A stretch of 34,963 nt of DNA from assembly GCA_030690175.1 (NCBI GenBank), contig JAUYHE010000053.1:1-34963 (forward strand), written 5' to 3'. This document shows positions 1-11,441 of the stretch, in pieces. Numbering within the stretch: position 1 is the first letter of the stretch; each line of letters starts with the position of its first letter. The translations under genes were made by a program, and so were the position numbers. A model generated the notes under the pieces. The model was not told the DNA's origin. It did not search any database and saw only the letters and a program-made list of their open reading frames with translations. Source of the DNA: a bacterium. Lineage in GTDB: Bacteria > Patescibacteriota > Microgenomatia > Woykebacterales > RBG-16-39-9b.

Positions 1-90
1 GAGCATCGTGGCTTGATGAGGCTAGGTATCGGAATTTTCTTACTGTTGCTTGGTTTTTACATGATTTATTCGCTAAACCCGGTATTTTGA
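1..90 (+). CDS. C-terminal fragment of a membrane protein (5' end outside window)
   Basis: Frame 1 is open from the window edge (...GIGIFLLLLGFYMIYSLNPVF) to TGA at 88-90. Hydrophobic tail; ends 1 nt before the next gene. Confidence 0.3.
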   Translation, partial: EHRGLMRLGIGIFLLLLGFYMIYSLNPVF

Positions 91-91
91 A

Positions 92-598
92 ATGGACGTA
101 TTTTCAAATCTTTTAGCTTTTAGTTTTTGGGAAAAATTTGCCAATACCCACGGTATGTTGGCAATGCTTTCTTTGATCTTATTTGGTTCTGGAATCGTAC
201 TTTACTTTGCCGCTAGGAAAAGCGATGATTTTATTCGTTGGTTGAAGACAAGTCTAATGTTTCTGTTTGCTAACTTGGTCTTGTTGGATATCCTTGGTTT
301 GACGGTTTATATACCTTATCGAGCCGAAGACGGACCAAGGTCACTTCTAAAAGCTTCAGAGGCTACTGCCTGGTTGCACAGTGATATCTTCGAACACAAG
401 GAATTTTTGGCTTTTGCCCCGATGATTTTGATTTTGGTGGCGTTTATAGTGGTGAGTATCTTGGGTAAAAATTTTAATAACGACCGTGTTTCAACCTTGA
501 GAAAATCAGTAATTTTCTCTCTGATACTTGCTTTGATTTTCGTCCTTATAGTGGCGGCTGAAGGTGTGATGGTGACCAAGGCAGCGCCAGTTAGCTAG
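92..598 (+). CDS. hypothetical multi-pass membrane protein
   Basis: 168-aa ORF with about 4 hydrophobic segments; tightly packed with neighbours. No family recognised. Confidence 0.6.
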   Translation: MDVFSNLLAFSFWEKFANTHGMLAMLSLILFGSGIVLYFAARKSDDFIRWLKTSLMFLFANLVLLDILGLTVYIPYRAEDGPRSLLKASEATAWLHSDIFEHKEFLAFAPMILILVAFIVVSILGKNFNNDRVSTLRKSVIFSLILALIFVLIVAAEGVMVTKAAPVS

Positions 599-604
599 AA
601 AGTT

Positions 605-946
605 ATGGAAGAAAAAAACAATCAAGAAACACAAGTGTCCCTGGCCAATGGCTACCTGGTGGCGGCTGGTTTGACATTTATTGTTTTTTGGATAACTAAT
701 ATTCTGAAAGAATCTTACCCATCGGTAAAAGAGTTTTTAGAATTTTATAAACCGATCGGCCCTCTACTTGGCCTTTTCGCTCTTTCCCTGGCCTCCTTGG
801 TTATTTTTTCCACGGTCTTCCAGATTATAAAGATAAAAAATCAGAACATCGCTGTTTGGTTTTTCATCATTTCTGCTGTCCTATTTGCTATTATGGTTTT
901 TCCGCCGGTTTTTGAACCGATCGTCCATACTTTAGCTGTTGAATAG
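605..946 (+). CDS. hypothetical membrane protein
   Basis: 113-aa ORF with about 3 hydrophobic segments, 6 nt after the previous stop. Confidence 0.55.
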   Translation: MEEKNNQETQVSLANGYLVAAGLTFIVFWITNILKESYPSVKEFLEFYKPIGPLLGLFALSLASLVIFSTVFQIIKIKNQNIAVWFFIISAVLFAIMVFPPVFEPIVHTLAVE

Positions 947-970
947 GTTCGCAAAGGAGGTGAAAAGATT

Positions 971-1444
971 TTGAACAACGCAGAAAAAGTTTCTGTCTTG
1001 CTACTTAGGTTAAGCATAGGTTGGCTTTTTTTCTACGCCGGTTGGTCTAAAGTAATAACGTTTTTCACCGACGCCAAGGACTGGACCGCGGCCGGATTTT
1101 TAGGTAACATACCCGGTCCTTTTGCCCCTCTGTTTTCTGGAATAGCCGGAAACGTCCTAGTAGACTATCTGAACGCCTACGGCCTGCTTCTTGTGGGAGC
1201 TGCTCTTATACTGGGAGTATTGGTAAGGTGGTCAGCTTTTTGGGGAATCGTTATAATGGTTCTTTACTACCTAGCTAGTTTTCCAGCCGAGCACTCGTAT
1301 ATTGTGGAAGACCACTTTATCTTCGCCATAGTTCTATTGGTGTTAGCCGCTTTTGGGGCTGGTCGGACGTGGGGTCTAGATAGAACACTTGAAAACTCTG
1401 GGTTTGTAAAGTCAAACCCTTGGTTAGTAAAGCTTTTAGGCTAG
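971..1444 (+). CDS. DoxX-family membrane protein
   Basis: TTG start preceded by AAAGGAGGTG. The N-terminal LLRLSIGWLFFYAGWSKV motif and 4-TM layout are typical of DoxX. Confidence 0.7.
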   Translation: MNNAEKVSVLLLRLSIGWLFFYAGWSKVITFFTDAKDWTAAGFLGNIPGPFAPLFSGIAGNVLVDYLNAYGLLLVGAALILGVLVRWSAFWGIVIMVLYYLASFPAEHSYIVEDHFIFAIVLLVLAAFGAGRTWGLDRTLENSGFVKSNPWLVKLLG

Positions 1445-1479
1445 TCTTTTTTGCTTAGTTGTTGTACAATTAGCCGTCT

Positions 1480-2112
1480 ATGAAAAATCTATCCGAGAAG
1501 TGGATTTTTATTGCTATTGGAGTAGTTAGTTTATTTATTGTTGGTATTGCCGTAATTTCGACCTCCAATAGCCAAAAACCCGAACAAGTCGCGAGTAACG
1601 ATCTACTTAAAAAAGACAGCCAGGTTTTGGGTAGTCGAGATGCCAAGGTGACGATTGTGGAATTTGCTGATTTTCAATGCCCGGCTTGCGGCACCGCTCA
1701 CCCGATAGTAAAGCAAGTAACCAAAGAATACGGCGACAAGATTCTTTTTGGGTATCGCCACTTTCCCATTGTTAGTTCTCACCAGTACGCGCTAAAAGCT
1801 GCGGAAGCCTCTGAAGCAGCGGGCGAACAAGGAAAATTTTGGGAGTATTACGACATACTCTATGACAACCAAGAAAATTTAAAAGCAGAAGATCTTATTA
1901 GTTACGCTAAAAGATTAAATCTTAATATGAGCGAATTTAGGCAGACGCTAGATTCTGGTAAATATAAAGATAAAATTACGGTTGATATGGATGCTGGTGA
2001 TAAATTTGGGGTTAGCGCTACGCCCACCTTCTTTATAAACGGGACAAAATATCAAGGTGTACTATCTTTTGATAAATTCAAATCGATCATTGATGAACAG
2101 CTTGCAAAGTGA
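1480..2112 (+). CDS. membrane-anchored DsbA-like thiol:disulfide oxidoreductase
   Basis: N-terminal TM anchor plus a thioredoxin fold with FADFQCPACG (CPAC active site) and a C-terminal TPTFFING motif. Confidence 0.85.
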   Translation: MKNLSEKWIFIAIGVVSLFIVGIAVISTSNSQKPEQVASNDLLKKDSQVLGSRDAKVTIVEFADFQCPACGTAHPIVKQVTKEYGDKILFGYRHFPIVSSHQYALKAAEASEAAGEQGKFWEYYDILYDNQENLKAEDLISYAKRLNLNMSEFRQTLDSGKYKDKITVDMDAGDKFGVSATPTFFINGTKYQGVLSFDKFKSIIDEQLAK

Positions 2113-2118
2113 TCGTCT

Positions 2119-3899
<1,781 letters not shown>

Positions 3900-4760
3900 T
3901 TATTCCAACGCGATGGCGGCGGTACTAATATCGAGAATTTCCTTGGTAATTACCTCTTGTCTGATACCATTGTAAGTCAAAGTAAGATCATCAACTAGTT
4001 CCCCAGCATTTTCAGTGGCGTTTTTCATCGTCACCATTCTAGCAGAATGCTCACTGGCTTTAGCTTCAAGCAGGATCTGATAAAGCTCCATCAGTATATA
4101 TTGAGGCAGGATGGATTCTAAAACAGTATCGGGATCAGGTTCAAAAAGTGGTTCTAATTTTTCCGTGGTCTCCGCTTCCTTAGCCACCTCTTCTAAAATA
4201 CCCCTACTAATTATCGGCAAAAGTTGCTTTATGGTGGCGATTTGTTTGAGGGTTGAGATAAATTCGGTGTAGACTACGTAAGTCTGATCAAATTCGCGTT
4301 TTAGAAATCCATCGATTATGAATGAAGCTAGCGGTCTAACGGTAGCTAAGTTAGAGCTGTCAGAAAGTGGAAAATCAGCTAATAGATTTTTTCCCGACTT
4401 AACAACGAAATTGCGTGCCTTTTTGCCAAGCGTAAGAAATTTTAGATTTCCAACCAGACTTGATAGTTCCCGAAATAAATTACTGTTGATAGATCCTGCC
4501 AGCCCCCGATCGGTGGAAAACAAAATAATAGCTGCCGTCTCACCACCAGTTCTCGCCAAAAGGGGATGCGAGTCGGCGTTAATTCGGTTCGCAATCGACC
4601 GGATGACATTATTTACCAGATTTGAGTAAGGTTTACCACTGTTAGCCAGATTTTGAGCTCGCTTCATTTTTGCGGCGGCTACTAACTCCATAGCGTGGGT
4701 GATTTTAGCGGTGTTTTGGATTGAGCGGATTCGACCGCGGATTTCTCTAAGTGAAGCCAT
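3900..4760 (-). CDS. atpG: F1 ATP synthase gamma subunit
   Basis: N-terminal IRGRIRSIQNTAKITHAMELVAAAKMKRAQ and C-terminal YNGIRQEVITKEILDI are gamma hallmarks. Confidence 0.93.
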   Translation of the reverse strand: MASLREIRGRIRSIQNTAKITHAMELVAAAKMKRAQNLANSGKPYSNLVNNVIRSIANRINADSHPLLARTGGETAAIILFSTDRGLAGSINSNLFRELSSLVGNLKFLTLGKKARNFVVKSGKNLLADFPLSDSSNLATVRPLASFIIDGFLKREFDQTYVVYTEFISTLKQIATIKQLLPIISRGILEEVAKEAETTEKLEPLFEPDPDTVLESILPQYILMELYQILLEAKASEHSARMVTMKNATENAGELVDDLTLTYNGIRQEVITKEILDISTAAIALE

Positions 4761-4787
4761 ATAAAATTAATAATTCAGAATTAGAAA

Positions 4788-6284
4788 TTAGATCTTAAAT
4801 CCTTTCTGAAACTCTTGGATAGATTTTTCTAATTCTTTAGTTACTTTTTCTTCTAGGGTTTTTTCTTTAGCAATAATTTCTAAGAGTTTTGCTTTCTTTG
4901 TTTTCATAAAATCCAAGAAATTACTTTCAAAACCCTTAATTTTATCAATTGGTATTTCGTCAAGCATTCCGTTGGTCACAGCCCAGATCATAACTACTTG
5001 TTGTTCAATTGGCATGGGTACGTATTGAGGTTGTTTTAATACTTCGACGGTTCTTTTCCCCCGCTCCAATCGGTTGCGAGTTGCCTCGTCCAGGTCGCTG
5101 CCAAACTGAGCAAAAGAAGCTAGCTCGTGATATTGAGCTAAATCCAGCCTCAAACTACCCGCCACTGCTTTCATCGCTTTTATTTGAGCGGCGCCACCTA
5201 CTCTTGAAACAGACAAACCGACGTTTACGGCCGGTCGGGTACCAGCAAAAAATAGATCACTTTCAAGGTAAATTTGCCCGTCAGTTATCGAAATTACGTT
5301 GGTAGGTATATAAGCCGAAACATCACCAGCTTGAGTCTCAATTATTGGAAGAGCGGTGAGAGAACCGCCACCTAAATCTTTATTTAATTTAGCCGCCCGC
5401 TCAAGTAATCGGCTGTGGAGATAAAATATATCGCCTGGATAGGCCTCCCGAGCTGATGGTCGGCGCAGCGTTAAAGAAATTTGACGGTAAGCCCAAGCGT
5501 GCTTGGATAAATCATCGTAGATTACAAGAGCGTCTTTTCCAGCGTCCATAAAGTACTCACCAATAGCACAACCAGCGTAGGGTGCAATAAAGGCCGTTGC
5601 CGCCGAATCTTCTGCCGAGGCAGCGACAATGATTGTGTGGTTCATAGCGCCGTGTTTTTCCAGGTTGTCAACAATCTGGGCGATTTTTGAGGCTTTTTGA
5701 CTAATGGCAACGTAGATGCAGATTACACCAGTATTTTTTTGGTTAATGATTGCATCGATTGTAATCGCGGTTTTGCCCAGGCCCCGATCTCCAATAATTA
5801 GTTCTCTCTGACCTCGGCCAATCGGGATCATCGCGTCAATTGCCTTCAGACCGGTTTGCAAGGGGGTGTTTACTGACTGGCGAGTAATGACGCCCGGAGC
5901 GATTTTTTCGATTGGATAGGTTTGTTTAAATTTAACCGGGCCCCGTCCATCGATTGGGTTACCCAAGGGATCGAGTACCCTTCCGATCAAACCATCGCCA
6001 ACAGGAATAGAAAGAATCTCTCCAGTAGACTTTGCCTCGTCACCCTCTTTTAACAGCTTATAATCTCCGAAAATAATGATACCCACGTTGCTTTCCTCGA
6101 GATTTAGAGCCAGCCCGTACAAGTTGTGAGGAAGCTGGACTAGTTCGTTATACGCCACGTTTGAAATCCCCTCTATCTTGGCGATACCATCGCCGATTTC
6201 AATTATTCGACCGATATTTTCCGCTTGCGAGGAAAGCTTTAAATCCTTTATTTCCTTTTCGAGTTGTTTAACGATGTCGACCAC
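4788..6284 (-). CDS. atpA: F1 ATP synthase alpha subunit
   Basis: Walker A GDRGLGKT, plus [23 protein letters not shown]-type alpha motifs. Confidence 0.97.
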   Translation of the reverse strand: MVDIVKQLEKEIKDLKLSSQAENIGRIIEIGDGIAKIEGISNVAYNELVQLPHNLYGLALNLEESNVGIIIFGDYKLLKEGDEAKSTGEILSIPVGDGLIGRVLDPLGNPIDGRGPVKFKQTYPIEKIAPGVITRQSVNTPLQTGLKAIDAMIPIGRGQRELIIGDRGLGKTAITIDAIINQKNTGVICIYVAISQKASKIAQIVDNLEKHGAMNHTIIVAASAEDSAATAFIAPYAGCAIGEYFMDAGKDALVIYDDLSKHAWAYRQISLTLRRPSAREAYPGDIFYLHSRLLERAAKLNKDLGGGSLTALPIIETQAGDVSAYIPTNVISITDGQIYLESDLFFAGTRPAVNVGLSVSRVGGAAQIKAMKAVAGSLRLDLAQYHELASFAQFGSDLDEATRNRLERGKRTVEVLKQPQYVPMPIEQQVVMIWAVTNGMLDEIPIDKIKGFESNFLDFMKTKKAKLLEIIAKEKTLEEKVTKELEKSIQEFQKGFKI

Positions 6285-6678
6285 TAAACGCCTCCTTAAT
6301 TTGAGCTATTTTTTTGGCTACCGACAAATCCCACTGGGTATTTCCTAACGTTACTTTTATACCTCCTAGAAGAGCGGGATCGATTTTGGTTTCGACGGAA
6401 AGAGATTCACCACTTGATTTATCAAAATATTTTTTCAAGGAAGAGATTTGGTTGGGACTTAGTTTTTTGGCCGATTCAATTAACAGTGTTTCTGCCTCCA
6501 AAAACCGTCTTATTAAACGCAGATAGAGTTTTAAAATCGGTAAGGAAGCACTTTTGGCCGTGTTTTTTATAAAAGCGCTATTTTTTCTTACCTTTACTTC
6601 GTCTAGTTTTCTACCTGTGAAACTAGCCGACAATAATTTTTTAGCCAGTTTCAGGACCTCTTTCTTACTAGTTTTCAT
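6268..6678 (-). CDS. atpH: F1 ATP synthase delta (OSCP) subunit, short form
   Basis: Operon position between atpF and atpA. C-terminal [22 protein letters not shown] matches the OSCP C-terminal motif. Only 136 aa. Confidence 0.75.
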   Translation of the reverse strand: MKTSKKEVLKLAKKLLSASFTGRKLDEVKVRKNSAFIKNTAKSASLPILKLYLRLIRRFLEAETLLIESAKKLSPNQISSLKKYFDKSSGESLSVETKIDPALLGGIKVTLGNTQWDLSVAKKIAQIKEAFSGRHR

Positions 6679-7171
6679 TTTTGATATCCTTGATAGCTTT
6701 TTGAATCAATCTTTCCTTGTCGCTATCTTTCAAAGCTTTGCCTACCACTTTTTCGGTTGCTATAGCGACCATTTCCACGATTTGGTTGCGGGCTTCCAAA
6801 ATCATCTTTTGATTGTCCAGCTCCAGAGATTGTTGCGTTCTTTTCACGGTTTCGTCTATCGATTTCTTCGTTTCGTTTTGCAGCTGGTCACTTAGAAGCT
6901 TGGCCTCTTCTTTTGCGGTTTGAATGAAGGTGGTAGCTTCTTTTCTTGCCTGGTCCAAAATTTCTTCCTGCTTTGTAGTCGATTCTTCAAATCTCTTTTG
7001 GATCTCCTCAGCTTGTTTCAGCGACGTGGCTATTTTATTTTTCCTTTCCTCCAAAACTCTAAGTATCGGTTTGTACAAAAACCGCTGCAGAATAAAAATC
7101 AGTATTACAAAATTTACTATTTGAGCCAAAAGCAAAATTGGCTCCACACCAAAGGTTTTTAAAATTTCCAT
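6668..7171 (-). CDS. atpF: Fo ATP synthase subunit b
   Basis: Single N-terminal TM followed by a long charged coiled-coil. Operon position fits. Confidence 0.8.
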   Translation of the reverse strand: MEILKTFGVEPILLLAQIVNFVILIFILQRFLYKPILRVLEERKNKIATSLKQAEEIQKRFEESTTKQEEILDQARKEATTFIQTAKEEAKLLSDQLQNETKKSIDETVKRTQQSLELDNQKMILEARNQIVEMVAIATEKVVGKALKDSDKERLIQKAIKDIKNEN

Positions 7172-7172
7172 T

Positions 7173-7385
7173 TTAGCCAGTAAATGCTAAGACAAGAGCG
7201 TAAATAGCAATTGCTTCGGCAAACGCCATTCCCAAAAGCATTGCCGGTAGTACTTTAGCTTGAGCTTCAGGATTTCTCCCGATTGCTTCCATCGCTTTGG
7301 CACCAATAAGTCCTATTGCTAGGGCTGGTATAGCGCCGCCTAAAGCAACTATTAGACCACCAGTAACAGAAAATTCCATGAGCAC
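7173..7385 (-). CDS. atpE: Fo ATP synthase subunit c
   Basis: 70-aa two-helix hairpin with a GRNPE loop and carboxylate in FAEAIAIY. AGGAGGTG lies upstream. Confidence 0.9.
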   Translation of the reverse strand: MLMEFSVTGGLIVALGGAIPALAIGLIGAKAMEAIGRNPEAQAKVLPAMLLGMAFAEAIAIYALVLAFTG

Positions 7386-7395
7386 ACCTCCTTTC

Positions 7396-8136
7396 CTAAT
7401 GGGCGGCTGACTTTTCCGTCAGAATCACCATAAATACTAATGTAAGCATCATAAAAATAGCCGCCTGTACAAAACCGACAATTATTTCCAAAAACAAAAA
7501 AGGTAGCGGTAGCAAAAAGGCAAAAAGGGACGAAATCGTTACGAGTAAAGTCTCACCAGCGAAAATATTACCAAATAGACGAAAGGAGAGAGAAATAATC
7601 TTTGTTATCTCGGCAACAATTTCTAGCAAACCAACGAAAAGATTCACCGGATTAAAACTAAGGTAGCGTTTTAGGTAAATTACGATGCCCGTAGCCGAGA
7701 TTGAGTAGTAATGAGTCATCCCAACGGATATAAGGGCTAGGGCTAGGGTAACGTTAAGATCACTATTGATACTACGAAATAGGGGTACCAAGACGTGTTT
7801 GCCGTTATGGATTTCGTTTACGCCGATAGTGCTAAAACCTGGGAGGAGACCAAGATAATTTGCCACCACGATAAAAATAAAAAAGGTGGCTACTATTGGC
7901 AAAAATCTCGTCGCCCGCTTTGTGTCCGAGAGGCCTTCGATTGTCGAAAAAATAGTTTCAATTACTATCTCAGCGGCGAGTTGTAGCTTACCTACTGGAA
8001 CCAACGATATTTTTCCTGAGAGCAAAATCGCAAATACTGATAATAAAGCAGTTACTAAAACCGTGGTTAATAAAGTATTGGTGATTGGGAACCCAGCAAT
8101 TGAAGCTATTTTTTCAGCAAAAAGAGTAACTTCCAT
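7396..8136 (-). CDS. atpB: Fo ATP synthase subunit a
   Basis: Polytopic protein with LSFRLFGNIFAGE (conserved Arg motif). GGAGGAGG SD lies inside the 3' end of the upstream ORF. Confidence 0.9.
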   Translation of the reverse strand: MEVTLFAEKIASIAGFPITNTLLTTVLVTALLSVFAILLSGKISLVPVGKLQLAAEIVIETIFSTIEGLSDTKRATRFLPIVATFFIFIVVANYLGLLPGFSTIGVNEIHNGKHVLVPLFRSINSDLNVTLALALISVGMTHYYSISATGIVIYLKRYLSFNPVNLFVGLLEIVAEITKIISLSFRLFGNIFAGETLLVTISSLFAFLLPLPFLFLEIIVGFVQAAIFMMLTLVFMVILTEKSAAH

Positions 8137-8502
8137 TTACCCGACCTCCTCCATCAAATTAAAGTGCGCCATATAAGTTTTGATTTTCATCAGCGGATAG
8201 ATTGCGGACAAAATTTTTTTGGCTTTCACTAAATTAGAGGTGTGGTTTTCCCGACTGTTGTTTTCGCCGTAGGCGCCACAGTCTTCGTGATCGAAAACAT
8301 AAATCTCATCTGGCTCATGCAGCTTGATAGAGGTATTAATACTTTCCATACTTTTGTCTAAATTTAACGAAGCTCCGGGAATGGTGATTAAATCGTAATT
8401 ATTATTTAAACCCTTACCATCCAGGAAAGAAGCGATTTTGGTTACAAAACGAAAGTCAATACAAGTAATCGCAGTTGCTTTACACTTATGCCCGTTTTGC
8501 AT
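8137..8502 (-). CDS. beta-carbonic-anhydrase-like zinc-motif protein, first gene of the atp operon
   Basis: Has C-I-D-F-R and H-E-D-C-G motifs 58 residues apart, matching beta-CA CxDxR...HxxCG spacing. Its stop abuts the atpB ATG. I prefer the internal Met (8502), because the full ORF (to 8634) would overlap the eno start. Confidence 0.45.
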   Translation of the reverse strand: MQNGHKCKATAITCIDFRFVTKIASFLDGKGLNNNYDLITIPGASLNLDKSMESINTSIKLHEPDEIYVFDHEDCGAYGENNSRENHTSNLVKAKKILSAIYPLMKIKTYMAHFNLMEEVG

Positions 8503-8585
8503 GAAGGAATATATTAGCAAAGTAGCCAAGGTATGTCCAGAGGTATTTCCTGGTCGATAAAAGAGTTTAAAATGACCTAACACCC

Positions 8586-8615
8586 TTGTAATAGGTGTAT
8601 TACTTTGTTTAAGAT
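8586..8615 (+). promoter_or_regulatory. candidate eno promoter (TTGTAA-18-TAAGAT), near-leaderless
   Basis: Hexamers at 8586-8591 and 8610-8615. The predicted TSS is a few nt before the eno ATG (8624), and there is no SD. Confidence 0.35.
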
Positions 8616-8623
8616 TAAATATA

Positions 8624-9883
8624 ATGGCTCTCATCGAAAAAATATCCGCCGAGGAAGTTTTGGATAGTCGTGGTATTCCTACTCTGAAAGCGACAGCTTA
8701 CCTTCAAGATGGCAATTTTGGCACCGCGTCCGTACCAGCCGGTATCTCGACCGGAACTCACGAAGCATTTGAACTACGCGACGCAGATGAAAGTCGTTAC
8801 GGCGGTTTGGGAGTCCAAAAAGCCATCGCGAATGTAAACGGTGAAATCTCCAAAATTCTGTCAGGCGTTGAAGCTTCAGACCAAAGAAAAATCGACAACG
8901 CTTTAAACAAGCTTGATGGTACTGGTACTAAAAGAAGACTAGGAGCAAACACCACGCTTTCAGTTTCGTTAGCGGTGGCGGTGGCCGAAGCTAAAAGAGG
9001 CCGGCTACAATTATATGAATACCTACGAAAAAATGTTTTGGGAGAGTCCAATGAAACTTACGAGCTTCCGCTTCTGATGACAAACGTAATTGAAGGTGGC
9101 AGACACGTAGATAAAGGATTAGATTTTCAGGAGTTTTTAGTGATTCCAAGGGGTTTCCAATTTTTTAGCGAAGGCTACGAAAACATAAAAAAATTGATAA
9201 AAAGCCTGGAAGAACTAGCCAAGCAGAAAAAACACGATAGAAGCCTTGGTATAGAAGGAGGCTTGGCCTTAAATTTGAAGAGCAACGAAGAAGCAATTAC
9301 CTTGATAAAAGAAGCAATAGACGCAAGTGGACTGTCTAAAGAAAGGTTTGCAATAGCCTTGGATGTAGCGGCAAACAGCGTATTTAAAGACGGGCAATAT
9401 CACGTTTTAGATTTTGAGTTCCCGTTGGGTAGAGAAGAGTACTATAAATTTTTGACGGGTCTTTGTAAAAAACACAACTTATTTTCAGTTGAAGACCCAT
9501 TTGAAGAAGATAACTGGTATGCTTGGACTGATTTTACGAAGCAGGTTCAATCCGCAACCTTGGTCATTGGTGATGACTTAACGACCACAAATTTGGCCAG
9601 GTTAGAAACAGCAATCTCGAGAAATTCCCTAACTGGTGTAATTGTGAAACCTAACCAAATAGGAACTTTGACCGAAACGCTAGATTTTATCAAACGTGCC
9701 AAAGAAGCAGGGTTAAAAATTGTAGTTTCACACCGTAGCGGAGAGACGCAGGACAATTTTATTAGTGATCTAGCGGTGGCAGTAAACGCCCAGTTTATTA
9801 AAATCGGCTCTCCGTTGCAAAAAGAAAGATACTCCAAATTCAAAAGATTACTAGAAATCGAAAAACAACTGAACAAAAATTAA
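8624..9883 (+). CDS. eno: enolase
   Basis: N-terminal EVLDSRGIPTL, plus KPNQIGTLTET and SHRSGETQD motifs. Confidence 0.95.
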   Translation: MALIEKISAEEVLDSRGIPTLKATAYLQDGNFGTASVPAGISTGTHEAFELRDADESRYGGLGVQKAIANVNGEISKILSGVEASDQRKIDNALNKLDGTGTKRRLGANTTLSVSLAVAVAEAKRGRLQLYEYLRKNVLGESNETYELPLLMTNVIEGGRHVDKGLDFQEFLVIPRGFQFFSEGYENIKKLIKSLEELAKQKKHDRSLGIEGGLALNLKSNEEAITLIKEAIDASGLSKERFAIALDVAANSVFKDGQYHVLDFEFPLGREEYYKFLTGLCKKHNLFSVEDPFEEDNWYAWTDFTKQVQSATLVIGDDLTTTNLARLETAISRNSLTGVIVKPNQIGTLTETLDFIKRAKEAGLKIVVSHRSGETQDNFISDLAVAVNAQFIKIGSPLQKERYSKFKRLLEIEKQLNKN

Positions 9884-9890
9884 TTAAGTT

Positions 9891-11441
9891 ATGATAAATA
9901 AAAAACCGTTAGTTTTAATAATTTTGGACGGATGGGGTCTGGCACTAGATTCAGACTACAATGCCATTTCTTTAGCTCACAAACCCTTTTGGGACCGGTT
10001 GCAAGTAGCCTATCCGCATACTAGTTTATCCGCCTCTGGGGAAGACGTAGGTTTACCAAAAGGAGAAGCGGGCAATAGCGAGGTAGGCCATTTGAATATT
10101 GGAGCTGGAATGATAGTTTACCAAGAACTTCCACGAATAAATATGGCGATAAGTGATGGAAGTTTTTTGGAAAATAAAGCTCTTCTGGCCGCCGCCAACT
10201 CGGCAAAGAAAAACAATAAGAAATTTCACGTCATGGGTTTGGTCGGAAGAGGTAATGTTCACTCTAGTCTAGAGCACTTATACGCTCTTCTTTGGTTTGC
10301 CAAAGTCCAAGGTTTGAAAGACGTGTATTTACATCTTTTTACCGACGGTAGGGACTCTCTGTCGACATCTGGTTTGGGTATCATAAAAGAAATTTTGGAA
10401 AAATGCACTGAGATTGGGATCGGTAAAATTGCTAGTGTTTGCGGACGCTACTGGGCGATGGATAGAGATAATCGGTGGCAACGAACAAGTAAAGCCTACG
10501 ATGCTTTGACTCAAAGAATAGGGAAAAAAATTACCGACCCCCTAAAAACCATAAACGATCTTTACCAAAAAAATATTACCGACGAATTCATCGAACCTTT
10601 TTTAGTTACCGATAAGGACGGCGGTCTAAACCCAGTAGGAGACGGAGATTCAGTGGTTTTTTATAATTTTCGTCCCGATCGAGTCAGGCAGCTAACACGG
10701 GCCTTTATAGAACCAATTCTACCTGATTTTCCCAGAAAATTATTTCTAAAAAACCTGATCTTTGTCACCATGACCGAATACGAAAAGGGTTTACCCGCGC
10801 AGACTGCCTTCCCACCCCCAAATATTTCCTACCCTCTTTCTGCGATACTTTCCGCGCATCATTTGCGTCAGCTGCATATTGGTGAAACCGAAAAATATGC
10901 CCATGTCACCTATTTTCTAAATGGAGGTCGAGAGGACCCTTATACCGGAGAAGATCGAGTTCATATACCCTCTCCCAAAGTGGCGACCTATGACCAAAAG
11001 CCAGAAATGTCGGCACCAGAAATAACCGACTACGTTTGCTCTAGCTTAAGGCAAAAATTATATGACTTTTACGTGGTCAACTACGCCAATGCGGATATGG
11101 TGGCTCATACTGGTCGTCTTGACCAAACGATAAGCGCGATTGAAGTATTGGATATTTCTATAAAGAAAGTAACGGACCTGGTTTTGGGAGAGGGGGGTAC
11201 GGTTGTGATTACTGCGGATCATGGTAATGCAGAATCCACGGTAGATCCGATAACCGGAAAAGCGGATACAGAACACTCAACAAATCCGGTGCCATTCGTA
11301 GTGATAGCTGATAGTTTTAAAACTAGTCAGAGCCTACAGTTACCAAGCGGTATTTTAGCTGACGTGGCGCCAACAATTCTTTCACTTATGGGTTTGGTTA
11401 TTCCAAGTACAATGACTGGTAGGAATTTATTACCGCAATAA
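9891..11441 (+). CDS. gpmI: 2,3-bisphosphoglycerate-independent phosphoglycerate mutase
   Basis: LIILDGWG, NSEVGHLNIGAG and TADHGNAE motifs over 516 aa. Confidence 0.95.
   Translation: MINKKPLVLIILDGWGLALDSDYNAISLAHKPFWDRLQVAYPHTSLSASGEDVGLPKGEAGNSEVGHLNIGAGMIVYQELPRINMAISDGSFLENKALLAAANSAKKNNKKFHVMGLVGRGNVHSSLEHLYALLWFAKVQGLKDVYLHLFTDGRDSLSTSGLGIIKEILEKCTEIGIGKIASVCGRYWAMDRDNRWQRTSKAYDALTQRIGKKITDPLKTINDLYQKNITDEFIEPFLVTDKDGGLNPVGDGDSVVFYNFRPDRVRQLTRAFIEPILPDFPRKLFLKNLIFVTMTEYEKGLPAQTAFPPPNISYPLSAILSAHHLRQLHIGETEKYAHVTYFLNGGREDPYTGEDRVHIPSPKVATYDQKPEMSAPEITDYVCSSLRQKLYDFYVVNYANADMVAHTGRLDQTISAIEVLDISIKKVTDLVLGEGGTVVITADHGNAESTVDPITGKADTEHSTNPVPFVVIADSFKTSQSLQLPSGILADVAPTILSLMGLVIPSTMTGRNLLPQ

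Noticed and set aside
8503-8634. N-terminal 44 codons of ORF 8137-8634
   Set aside because: This extension would overlap the divergent eno start and consume the eno promoter region. It also has no similarity to the beta-CA-like core, so the internal Met at 8502 is preferred. This is still uncertain, because no clear SD precedes either start.
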